Below are positions 26,701 to 39,109 of a stretch of DNA of 64,000 nt, piece after piece (position 1 is the stretch's first letter; each line of letters starts with the position of its first letter). Made by a program: the position numbers and the translations under genes. The stretch spans positions 56,358,001 to 56,422,000 of the forward strand of contig NC_092352.1 in assembly GCF_963676685.1 (NCBI RefSeq), in the 5' to 3' direction. The notes under the pieces were generated by a model. The model saw only the letters and a list, made by a program, of their open reading frames with translations, made no database searches and was not told where the DNA came from. This stretch comes from Mytilus edulis. Its lineage: Eukaryota.

Positions 26701-29395
26701 TGTAAAATTATTTGTTAATTATGTTTTATATAAATGCAGATTAAATTTGTGCAATTTGTTTTTTTTCAAATAGCTCATATTTATCAAATGTTCACGAATG
26801 TAGAAAATCATTTTTTTCTGAAAATTTGCACACATTATCGTCTTACGTAATCAAACCAAATAGCATTTTAAAAATAAGGGATCCATGATCTCGTTTTCAA
26901 GTTAAATAAGTTTGAATGATCAGTCGAAAACTGAATCTTTACCCGTAAAGTCATAGTTTGACGTCGCGAAAATAACAATTTACGTAAGCAACGTCCTTAC
27001 CTTTCCTGTAACTGTATCGTATGCCCTGAAGCATGGATAGACGCCATGCCATTTTTAAATGACGCCATGTCCTTTTTCACTTCTTTAGATGACGTCATTG
27101 TCTCGAAAATGCCCTAAAAAGAAGCCTTTAAAATAAAAATAAAAATTCCATGCCTATCGGTAATTCCGGGAAATATTAATATTAATCAGATATAGAAGGA
27201 ATGGAACTATATTGATATGGAACACGATGTTGATGGCATTGCTGAGAACGTAGTAAGGGACGACATCAAAAGTTCAATGAAAGATACAAAACTTTATTCA
27301 CACAAAGTTTTTTCACTGACCCCCCCCCCCACCCCCCCCCCCCCCCCCCATCCAATCCAACCCCCAACCCCAACCACCACAACTCTTAACTTTATTTGGT
27401 TGACCAATATGGATATAGGTAAAAATCAATGTCGAATAAACGAAACTTGCAGCAGTTTAACCCCCCCCCCCCCGCAAACTATTTGATTTTTTGATTTAAT
27501 GTTTTTTTTATCCTACATTTCTCTTTTGATGTCGTCCCCAAGATCGCCGTATGAACGTAGTATAATCATGGTAAGGACGTGCTATAATCGCAATAGAAGC
27601 GTGGTAAGATCGTGTTGCAATCGGATAACTCGTGGTATGATCTTAGTGAGAACGTGAAGAGCGTAGAAAGATCTTGAGAAGCGTAGTGATGTCGCAGAAT
27701 AAGCGCGGTGAGAACTTGGTATGATCGTTACGGGATCGATGTAGAAGCGTAATGAGGACGTAGTAGCATCGTGAAAGCAACGGAAAATTACATTTTCATG
27801 CCGCTCATACCGCGACCTCACTACGATGTGAATTTATTTTAGATCTCGGTGAGCGTGGTCCGATCGTGGTCTAGTGGGACTGGGGCTTAACTGAAAACAC
27901 CTTGTGAACAATCGAAATATGTTGATAATGTAACATGTCAAAAATTACCTTAGATATTTTTGAGTTATCTCTCTATGTATAGAGTTCAGTAAATGAAGTG
28001 AAATTTGGAAATTAAATAAAATTCGGGGGAAACAGAAAAGAAAATTATTTATATTAGCATTTATATATTTTATCAATCATATTTATGATACAGTTGGATT
28101 ATTTTGTCCAAAAATTATTTAAAGGTATTTCAAAATATGATTTACTTCATTCTAGTAATTAGTGTACAGGTAAAAACAGTTCACTACATTGTATGTTTTT
28201 TACTATTAATAAATAACTGATCGACAGGTGCAGTTGTGTTTCAGTTTTGTGAACAAGACTTTTTGAAGATTGAAGGTAGATCTATGTGTATTTCCTACTA
28301 GAGGATGATATTTGGCAGTGAAATCGTCTGTCATTTCCTTATTTAGGGTATGTATATTGAATTGTAACTATGTGCCCTTGGTTGATATTATAATTATGTT
28401 TAGTTAATTTTTTATATTTCTTATTGAAACATTATTGATTATCCATGAACAAATGTTGATTACTTTGAAGACTTTCTCTTGTTTCATACTTTGATTTGAG
28501 AAAAGTTTAGAATTTCAAAAAAGGAGATCATCATGTTCTTGTAGTTTTTATAAAGCTTTGTATAGATAAATGTTTCTGATGCATTTAATTGATATTTGCA
28601 AAAGCAATCTTTATTCCAAGTTAAAATTAATCGAATCTATGATCCGCATTACAATAGATGTATGATGTTTTGTGTTTTTCTATTTTTTCACAAATATTGA
28701 TCTATTTAGCGTTGCCAATTAGTGTGATTATTTTTTATATTTGCATAATGTGAATATATAATTATACAATGAATTCATGAATTCATGAACCTTATTTTTG
28801 CTTCCATAAGCCAGTTTTGTCGTTTACGGAGGTTACAATAAGGAAGCGGATACTGTTACCTGTTACTTAAAAAATCTGTTATTGTTATATAATGAAAACA
28901 GTCCTTGTTTTTTTATTAAAAAAAAAAACAACTACTTAATCCAATTAATGAAAAAAAAAACATTTAATGCACTTATGTTTCACACCAAATTTGAAATTTT
29001 ATGATATATAGAAGCACGAGAATAACCTTTACAAGTAAAATGAACAGAGAAACATTGAGTCCAATTGAGCGACCTTCTTTTAATTGGCGTCCAATGATAT
29101 TATACTTCATTTCAACTTTTCAAATCAGGCTTCAAGATAACATTTTTTAAAGCTTTGGATTGGTCTTTGAAAAATCATAATTTTCAGACAAACTGAAGAA
29201 TGACTTTTACCGATTTTACGTGAACTTAATGCAGATATGAATCATACGCCCCCATATGTGTATCTCATAAATAAGTTATTATGTCGTGTTGTATGCAAAA
29301 TCATAACAATATCTTATTGTGACTTAATTGTACAACAACTCACAACTGATAGAAGAGACAAAACATAGAACCACCACGAAATCAATAAGGTTCAT
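23755..29395 (-). CDS. Perlucin-like C-type lectin, copy A; join(29395-29344,25699-25620,24628-24541,23975-23755), 146 aa
   Basis: Signal exon MNLIDFVVVLCFVSSIS; CKNGW...KCYFFS; C..FDSKLAEP; FWIGISD...GEPN...C...WAD..C...FVCE; phases 1,0,1 are consistent. Confidence 0.88.
24785..25612. repeat. ~32-33-bp minisatellite (aagaacagtactatcaaagaaatctaaaataggc), roughly 24 diverged units
   Basis: Directly visible tandem array in intron 2 of lectin A. Confidence 0.9.
26160..26420 (-). mobile_element. Helentron-associated (HINE-like) element
   Basis: Twice-repeated gcttttgcgacaaaagt palindromic hairpin next to an A/T-tract terminus, plus an internal (gac/gcc)n microsatellite. Confidence 0.55.
26458..27026. 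mobile_element. MITE with 18-bp TIR GGGCATACGATACAGTT
   Basis: ttaa|gggcatacgatacagtt ... aactgtatcgtatgccc|tgaa; second copy at 706-1065. Confidence 0.82.
27257..27538. mobile_element. MITE with TIR GGGACGACATCAAAAG (PIF/Harbinger-like), nested in another element
   Basis: taa|gggacgacatcaaaag ... cttttgatgtcgtccc|caa; internal poly-C tracts. Confidence 0.75.
27540..27887. mobile_element. End of a non-autonomous DNA element with internal cgt(a/g)gtaagat subrepeats
   Basis: Repeated ~11-bp units; terminus gtctagtgggactggggc|ttaa; continues to the left of the nested MITE. Confidence 0.55.
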
Positions 29396-32300
29396 TTCAA
29401 GTTGTATGTCAAGTAATGAGATAGTAGCTTTACTGAAATGTTGTCAACTACTTCACACATATATATTAATTCAATATATGACATTATCATCTAGATTTCT
29501 TATCTTAATACTATACATTTTCTGTGACTTTTATATTTATAAGAGTAAGAAATTAGGGTATTTCATTGTCTACTTCGAAGCAATCCTAAGGGATGGATGA
29601 AAAACCTAATAAATATGTAGACTACAAAAAGGAGAACATGGATGAACTAGTGTTCAATATCATCAATTAGGGATTCAGAGAAGTCTATTTACAACATAAA
29701 AAAACACAAACAATTAGATGAAAAGATATGATAAAATGAGGCACCTTTTACTATTTAACATATTTCACTCAATCATATTATTTTTTTCTTTTTAGTAAAA
29801 TTGAAAATAACACTTTATTAATTTTATTCATTCATTTTTTTTAATTTATCAATGAACAGCTTAAAAAAGATTCTGAAATTTATCATGCCAGTACCTATGC
29901 ACCAACTATTGAGCAGATGATAACCTATGGACTTTTATTCATTAGCAGCGGTATCGACCCAGTTCAGTAAATGGTATTCGTCCGTTGTTTTATTCTAGAT
30001 TAAACATCGTCAGTAACTCTCAAAATCAAATATCTGCAAGCCAAGGTTAATGAAATCAATAAATGCGGAGAGATATATGATCAAAAGGGAATTAGTAGTA
30101 AATGTGTGAAAAGGAATATTGCGTTTTCTGTAAAGTTTTCTTTAAAAGCCATTTTAAAGTGTTTGTAGTTACGTGTTGAACCTCCATAATTCAGTGAATG
30201 ATTAAATCTGCTTTTGCTATGAATTCATCTATGATTCAGTAATGTATCCTTGAGTATAAATATTGCAGTTCTTGATAGTGAGTTCAAATGTTCCTGCCCA
30301 TAGATATACCCATACATTACCTTCCTCTGCTTTAAGGGAGTTCGAACAAGCATCTGACGGCACTGATTATTTTGGTACATTACCGAATTATGTTATGCTC
30401 TATTGTTATGTATTCATCGCATTCTGGTACCCTTTGCAACTAACTGTTATTGTTAAAGGTGTCTAATTGTGTGACCCAAAAGGGACAAACCTGTTCCTTT
30501 GCATGAATTTGATCAGTTTTCATTGAACTAACATTAACCTGTAATTCAGTGGTTGTCGTTTGTTTTTATGTTACATATTTGTTTTTCGTTCATTTTTTTA
30601 TATAAATAAGGTCGTTAGTTTTCTCGTTTGAATTGATTTACATTGTCTTATCGGGGTCTTTTATAGCTGACTATGTGGTATGGGCTTTGCTCATTGTTAA
30701 AAGCCGTACGGTGACTTATAATTGTTAATGTCTGTGTCATTTTGCTCTCTTGTGAACAGTTGTCTCATTGGCAATCATACCACATCTTCCTTTTATATTA
30801 AGTCTAAGATGCATATTTGTTCTTTTTTTGTTTTTTTTTTTTGTTTTTGTTATTTGCTTTGAACTAACTGTCAAACACTGCGAGTACTCTTAGATATGTA
30901 CGAAGTGTCTTTTTGGTGTTAATATGTACAAGTATCCGGTCACCTCATCTCTGTGTTTTCGTTTTATGCATTTCTATTTGTATCCATCTGATCATTTAAG
31001 CCTTTTCCAACTGATTTATATAGTTCATTCTTGTGTTGTACTGTTACACTACTGTCACAGGTAAGGGGGTTTCCCGCTTACATGTTTAACCCCGCCACAT
31101 TATGTATGTATGTGCCTCTCCCAAGTCAGGAGCCTGTATTTTAGTTGGTGTCGTTTGTTCGGTTTTTAGTAATTTTATGTGTACATTAATCATGTTGATA
31201 GGTCGTTAGTTTTTCTCGTTTGATTTTTTTACATTTGTGATTTCGGGGCCTTTCATAGATGACTATGTAGTATGTTTTTTGCTTATTGTTGTAGGCCTTA
31301 CGGTGACTATAACTGTTAATTTCTGTGTCTTGAATATTTGTGGAGCGGAAGTATACCTGCCCCGCAAAACAAATCAGTTCATCAGTAACTGTTCATCAAA
31401 TTAACAACATTTTCTGTATGTTTTAAAATTGCACAATATACAATATGTGAGTCATAAATTTGTCTACCATTACCCTAGGCGCCACCTTGATTGTACGGTA
31501 TGAACTACGTGTACTAGCAACTACTAAATACTGTAAGTTAGATTTAAAATTGATAAAGGAAATGGGGAATGTGTCAAAGCGACAATAACCCGACCAGAGA
31601 GCAGACAACAGCCGCAGGCCACCAATGGGTCTTCAATGTAGCGAGAAACTCCCGCACCCGTAGGCGTCTTTCAGCTTGCCCCTTAATAAATATGTATACT
31701 AGTACAGTGATAATGGACGTGATACTAAACTCCGAATTATACACAAGAAACTAAAATTAAAAATCCTACAAGACTAACAAAGGCGTGCATGTTTGTTTGC
31801 TACTACAAACTATAGTATAGATTTATAATTTATATATAGTCCTCGTCATTACATCGAAACATTCATTATTTGCGTTATTTGAGGTGACAAACAGTATGAC
31901 AAATAATAATATCCTTATATATATTCTTTATTCTTTATCACTTCATTATTGTATAAACATCACGCCGCAACCCTATAAAGAGAAAACAAAAGAAAAGATA
32001 CCATTATCATTTAGTCATTCAATATTCCATTGAAAATTAGTGTGTTTTCTCTTGAGCATACTGCATACATCATATTTATATGGGGACGAAGTCCCCAATA
32101 ACGGTAGAAAAATCAATAAAAAAAAATAAAAAAAAAAAAATCTACTAATGAACTCAAAATCGTTAACTTTTTTTTCAGACTTTTTTTAAATCCTCGCATC
32201 TGCGCAGAAATCTACTTCCTTTTCCGGTTTAAATAATATGCTAACATAATCGTACACTGTGTTTTGGTGTGTTTCTCATCCGTTATCATTCTATTTAAGA

Positions 32301-32461
32301 AATCTTCTATGCAACCTGTATTGAGATCAAATGTCCCCCCTCCCCCCAAAAAAAAATTATATCTTGTTTATTTTTGACTGGTTCTTTGTTTTAACTAAAA
32401 CTTGAAAAGTGCTATTTTTTTATTTTTTTTTTTTTTCATTATTGAATTTTATGCAGTAATC

Positions 32462-35400
32462 TTACATGTTATCTGCCTCACAAATGAACTTGTATCTAGC
32501 TAGACAATTCTCGTCTGCCCAGTACCCGTAGAAGGCAGCCCACAAAGCGACACAATTTGCGGCCGTCCCAGCATTGGGTTCACCAGGTTGAAAGTTGTTG
32601 ACTTTTATCGGAATCTGTCCTGTTGAGTATATCCATTTTCCCTCTTGAATTATATCCGATATGCCTATCCAGAAAATGCCACCTGTGAAGTAAATGTTAA
32701 TTCCACAAAATATATATACTTATTATATATATTGCCAACAAATAAAATAGTACTTTCAAATCAGAAAGTCCTTTATATAATGGAAAAATAAAAAGCTCAA
32801 ACATATCAAACGAAAAGAACAAAACTGACATATTCCTGACAGTACATGCATTTGTTTGGTATCTTGTTTGAGGGGTTTTTTAAATGTCTTTTCCTTCATT
32901 AACAGTTTGGTTGTTGAGACAATAAGTAAATCATCATTTATCAACGTTTGTATACAAGTTCACATCAATTAGTTTGTTCTGATAGCAACTGAGCCAATAA
33001 AATGTATCTTTCAAAATTGATGAGTCGTTAAGCATGACCCGTGAAAGTTAATATTTAGTTCTCTCTGTTGTCTCGTTAGTACTTTTATTTGTCTGTTTGT
33101 CTTTTTCTTTGTTAGCCATGGCTTTGTCTATTTTTTTATTTATTAGCTTGACTATCCCTCTGGTATCTTTCGCCCCTCTCTTAGTAGGTTGATGGAAATC
33201 ATTTTTGCTTTATTTTCAAACCTTTCTTATAGAAAAGAGGAGAAATTTCACCGAATGTTTCTTGTCATTATCATAAAAACGGGTACAACATGTGGAATAC
33301 GATATGTTTACCCTTCTGATGAACCTTGGATCAATCCAATTTTAAGGTTGGGTTTAAAATCAAAGTCTATGCTTCTTATCTTGTTTTAAGGACTACCCAA
33401 CGTCATGCAAAGTTGTACGGAAAAAAAGTAAAACATATTTGTTTTTTCGTTATATGGCCATAAAATCATCTTTTGTGTAATTTTTTTTGTTTCTTTATTT
33501 TGCTTTGTTATCGTCTGATTTAAATTTCCAATTCTATTAAATAAAGGCAACAGTAGTATACCGCTGTTCAAAAATCGTAAATCTATTGACAAAAAACAAA
33601 ATCGGGGAAACAAACTAAATCTGAGGGAAACGCATTAAATAAAAGAGGAGAACAACGACACAACATTCAAATGTAACACACATAGCAACGGACTAAGCAT
33701 AAGACTAAATCCGATGAGAATAACCAATATAACATCAAAACCAAATACATGAATTTGGGATAGAAAAGTACCGTGACACGTCTTATAGTAACGTGAATTC
33801 ACACTCAAATATAGGAGAAAACAAACGACACAACAGAAAAACAACGTAAAAATGTTACACACACAGAAACGAACTATGATATAATAATGGCCATTTTCCT
33901 GACTTGGTACAGGAAATTTTTAATGAAAAAAATGGTGGGTTGAACCTGGTTTTGTGGCATGCCAAACCTCGCACTTTAATGGCATTGTTAAATATAACAT
34001 TAAAATGACAACATGATAATACAGGACTTCAATACAAATAAATAGGAGAACGTATTAGGCAAAGAAAAACATGAATAATAGCTAATAGACATCAAGTTTA
34101 AAATTCAATACGTCAAAACCGCGCCTCGTCCACACAAGACTTACCAGTGACGCCCAGATATAAAAGTTCGAAAGCTAAAAAAAGGGTACAAAGTTGTACT
34201 ATTAAAACATACCCATAATCTGACTGTGACTAATCAGGAAATGAGATGTGTTGGTATTCATAGGTTCAGCTAGCTTAGAATTAAATCCACCACAAACTGT
34301 CTTTAAAATAGAACATATCAAACTTACTGATGTATAACTCGAGTTTTACAGATAGAACAAAAATACAAAAGCTTGAGAACTACCTGTGTACAAATTAAAG
34401 AAATTCAAAAGTTCATATGGAATAAGAAAAGCTTATTGTTAGAAAAGTTCATGCTCATTCTGAACAATAACAACTTCATTGTCCTTACTTTTGTAATAGC
34501 CATGATCTTTTCTGTGATTATATTGGGTTGTTTTAAGATAATTTAATTAAATGAACAAAGAACAGAAGTCAGCTGTTCGTGTTGTTTATTCTTTAGTTTT
34601 CTATGTTGTGTCATGTGTGCTGCTTTTTGTTTGTCTTTTTCATTTTTAGCCATGGCGTTGTCAGTTTGTTTAAGATTTATGAGTTTGACTGTCCCTTTGG
34701 TATCTTGCGTCCCTCTGTTACCTGTGTTGTCCTTGTAATTGGGTCTTGCGTTGGTTATTATTACTAATTTAGTTAATATTTGTTCTATTTACGATCTGCA
34801 ACTTGTGTTTTGAACACGAGATTTGAAATCACGATGAATAATAATTGAACAAAAAAAAATATAATTGAAATTCTTTGAACAGCTAACAATTCTGCAATAC
34901 ACTAACCGATGCTTCAATCCATGATTCCACCTGCCGACTGAACAAATAGCATTTGTTTTCAAATTGTGTCCATCCATTCATGCAACCTAGAGAAGAAGGT
35001 AAGAAAAAACAATCAAAAGTTTTAATGAAACCGTTATAGTAGTAATATTGTTTTGGGTGATTCATAAAAAAAAACACACAATCAATTAATATAGATCCGC
35101 AACCGTATCTACAAGGACTCACTTTAGTTTCATTCATTCATTGTTATGTTCTTATCAGTGATTCAAAGTAAAAAACAATCACATTTCCATTTATAAATGA
35201 AAACCAAAAGAACACAATTGAATCATTAAAATCGTCTATGGTCAATTCTTATATGAGTTAGTTCAAATCGTACCAAACTCAGCGGAAATTTCAAACAGAA
35301 AGTCCCTAATCGAATGTTGAAACATGCATTTTCATTGGAAGAAAATTAATCTGGTTTATAGCTAGTTAAATATATCACTCGTAGGAAGGCCGCATAAAAT

Positions 35401-35831
35401 TTTCGTCATGTTGCTCATTGTTAGTACGAAGTCAATGATAAGCATCATTTTACAATGTCACATTCATTTAAAAAATGAGTGGGAAGGCAGTTAAAACATA
35501 TCTGTTGCAATCCGATATTCCTGAACAATCAACAAAAAGGTATGCAAAATACTCCGTTTTAAAATTGACTTTGGTTGCCATAATAACATAATTTTCATAC
35601 ATACCTGACAATAATGTATGCCGATTTTACGTGCATTTAATATAAATGTAAATGTACGTTACATTACAATAATTCAATAATATTTCAGAAAACAAATCCT
35701 ATACAGCTAATATGCTATGTTGTATAAAATAGTTTATTTCAATATTCTGCGACTGCAACTTAATTGTAGAGTTACTCACAACTGATAGAAGAGACACAAC
35801 ATAGAACCACCACTAAATCAATCACGTTCAT
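32462..35831 (-). CDS. Perlucin-like C-type lectin, copy B; join(35831-35780,34986-34907,34300-34213,32682-32462), 146 aa
   Basis: Same exon sizes as copy A (52/80/88/221 nt), GT-AG sites, open frame with FWIGISD, EPN and WAD. Confidence 0.88.
33540..34200 (-). mobile_element. Interspersed repeat (probable retroelement 3' region) with a degenerate hammerhead-like motif at 34110-34153
   Basis: The terminal segment recurs at ~15405-15525, 16415-16520 and 36805-36930; reverse complement gcgtcaCTGGTAAgtcttgtgtggacGAGG. Confidence 0.6.
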
Positions 35832-36984
35832 CTCAAGTTGTATGTTAAGAACTAAGATACTAGGTTAAATAAAGGTTGTTAATTACGTCATAAATATGCT
35901 CATTCAATATAGTTTGTTATCATCTAGATGTCTTATCTTTATACCTATAGATTCTCTGTGACTTTTGTAAACATGAAAGTCAGAACTTAGAATATTTTCT
36001 ACTTAAGAAACGGTCCAAAGTGTTCTTAAAAACATTAAATGTTTGTTTATACAGCTGCTTCAGATTAAATCTTGCTGTATTAAAAAACAATAATGAGGTC
36101 AAACATGCAGTCGTATGAAAAACAATTGTGTTCTGTTTTCTCAAGTATGACAGGGTTGATAACACTATTTTGTATTCAAGATTATCAAATTATTTTACTT
36201 CATAACTTCAGCCATTTATTTACTTAAAACTTCGTCTATTCTTTTTGTATAATACATCAAAGTCCTCATTGACTGTTGAATTTAGATCTAAATACTACTA
36301 TAGTCGCCGTCAGCTGAAATTCGTAGCGGTAATCGGTAAAAATAATCTAAACTATCAATTGCGTTCACTCGAGATATAGTTTTTCACATTCCATTCATAT
36401 TTGCAAAAAGAAAAACCACTACTGACCTACCTTTTAAGTGATTGCACTGTGATAATTGCACTGGCCTAATGAACAAAATTCATGTGACCGTGACGTCATC
36501 AACATTTTTTGCAGGGTTTACTCTGGTTTAAAATCGAATTTAGAATTAAACTATAAGACACAACTAGAATTTTTTTCTGTCTATTCAAAAAAACATAAAA
36601 AAATGTGGTGCACACTTTTAAATAACCCGCTACGCGGATTATTCTGTGTGCACCACATTTATTATGTTATTTCTTCATAGACATAAAAAAAAAATACAGT
36701 CATTCCTTATAAAAACATTGAATGTCGAATACACATGTGGTGGAGACGACATAATCAATAGAGGAAACATGCATTACAAGCCATATTTGTCTGATTTCAT
36801 CCAGTTGTTTTCTTCTTTTAGTTGATGAGCTTCCCTCGGTTTCAGTTTGCGACCCATATTTGCGTTTTCCCAATCGATTTATGACTTTTGAACACCGGTA
36901 AACAGCGGTATACAACTGTTGCCTTTATACTATTGTTGTCTTTATTTTTCCTCTTTTTATTCTGTTGTTTTCATTTTCTAAAGC

Positions 36985-37330
36985 ACTGATCCTGAGTCGA
37001 TACCTCTGCTGATGGATTATCAGTCCTCTAATACAGGGTATCGGTAGCTCAGTTATCAGTACTTCGGTACTGACATGATTTAAAGCAAAGTTTATAAAAT
37101 TGCCCGTTTATAAATTTTGAAATTAAAAAATAATAAGGTGTCTCCTCTCCCAGGATGTTGGCGTAAGATTGATTGGTTATTTTTTTTTGTCCTCTTTGTT
37201 TTATAGAACGTCAACATTTTTGGTCCTTATACATCCTTTGGCTTTCAAATATTCTGCTTTGCGCGTTCCTGATGAAGCTAAATCCATAGAAGTGGTTCGG
37301 CCACATTTAATTTGTAACGAGTTATTTTCA
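36985..37330 (+). mobile_element. ~350-bp degenerate monomer of a related hammerhead-type repeat (CUGAUGA at 37269-37275)
   Basis: The 5' part matches 29885-29965 in reverse, the middle resembles 45575-45700, and it ends in gcgttcCTGATGAag... Confidence 0.5.
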
Positions 37331-37479
37331 TTGTTGTTGTTTTTTTTTATTATTTATTTAAAGAGCTGATCATAAATGATGATACGAAAAGAAATGGATA
37401 AATAGAGAACCAATATATATGTACGAAAGTGCGGATACCAGTGAAGTTTTTGTTATCCCATCTGTAAAAAGAATCGTTA

Positions 37480-38472
37480 TACGAACTTTAGATTGGTATT
37501 CTCGTGTATGTAACAATGTTTTAGATTTTAACGGGAAAAATTTATGTATTACTGAAAAATTATTACACCAGGGTTTTCGATATCACTAACTAGTCAAAAC
37601 ATTTACTAAATTTTATCATCGGTATAAGGACATCATTCGTAAATATAGCTCAACATGCGGACTTCTTATACGTTCAGGTATTTCACATCCAATTTTTTAT
37701 GGAAATATTCTTTATAAAGCACAAAAATGTCAGTATTTACCTCAGAAACTAACAAAACCTTTAAATAGACTTATTAAGAAGGGATATAGTTAAGATACTG
37801 TTGTCAGGTCATTAAAGATTGCATATGTTGGCGTTAATATTGATTCACTTATAAGGTCTTTGCATCGGAACTAAACACATTTATTCAAAAAACAGTTATT
37901 GGCATGACACGGGTTATGTTCTTCTCATACATGTTATGATGGTATGATACTTAACCACTAACGGGAAGGATTGTGCCTGATATTCATATGATGAAATCAT
38001 AATCAGTTTAATTGAAGTCTGGAGCTGGCATGTCAGTTAAATACTATTTTGTTTATTTTCTTTGGTTACATCTTCTGACATCAGACTCGGACTTCTCTTG
38101 AACTGAATTTTAAATGTGCGTATTGTTATGCGTTTACTTTTCTACATTGGCTAGAGGTATAGGTAGAGGGTTGAGATTTCATCAACATGTTTAACACCGC
38201 CGCATTTTTGCGCCTGTTCCAAGTTAGGAGTCTCTGGCCTTTGTTAGTCTTGTATTATTTTAATTTTAGTTTCTTGTGTACAATTTGGAAATAAGTATGG
38301 CGTTCATTATCACTCAACTAGTATATATTTGTTTAGGGGCCAGCTGAGGGACGACTCCGGATGCGGGAATTTCTCGCTACATTGAAGACCTGTTGGTGTC
38401 CTTCCGCTGTTGTTTTTCTATGGTCGGGTTGTTGTCTCTTTGACACATTCCCCATTTTCATTCTCAATTTTA
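37480..38472 (+). mobile_element. 5'-truncated Penelope-like element (RT C-terminus + ~600-bp 3' region)
   Basis: KLLHQGFRYH..VKTFTKFYHRYKDIIRKY...LHRN*; near-identical to 48680-49495. Confidence 0.78.
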
Positions 38473-39109
38473 TTAAACTATATATTGTTATTAGTAATGA
38501 TTGTTTTGATGTTTAGGTATCCAGTATAAAGACGCAAGATTTTCAAGAAATTAATTCATAGAAAACCACATCTTCGCTAGCTAAGTGTTACAATCTAATC
38601 CTCTCCTCTCCAGTCTTGGCGGATTAAGCTAGAATTCTGGACACAAGGTAGTGATATATATTGGTCGCAGTCGTAACTGGCTGCATCCAATCAAAACGCG
38701 CCTTTAGGATGAACACGTGTAAATGTAGAAAATGTAAACAAACAATTGTCACGTGCTGATAGAGCAACATGTCTTTTTCCCCAAAACATAAGACGATTTT
38801 TAGTGACAATTTTAAAGTTCCTAATCATAATCAACAAATTGAAGATCCTGGTTATGTTTCTTTTGCAAATATTGGAATGCTAATGTATATTTTCGTTTTC
38901 TGTTTCACGAAGTTTTGTAACCTCTAGACGCTACCGTTTTAACACCTCCACACTGAAAAACGTTCAGGTGCTACCATTGATCAAGCATAATGTATTCGGA
39001 ACGGGCGTGCATTTGATCAACCGATAGATTGTGCAACATTGTTATTATGTGGGAACTCAACAAATATCCCCGCGACACTTACCAAAGATGAAAATCCTGG
39101 AAAATCATA

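Noticed and set aside
27217-27486. Proline-rich ORF
   Set aside because: Produced by poly-C tracts inside a MITE
28860-28866. 6-nt micro-exon (TAACAG) between lectin A exons 1 and 2
   Set aside because: Weak AAG acceptor and no equivalent found in the paralogs; direct splicing is already in frame
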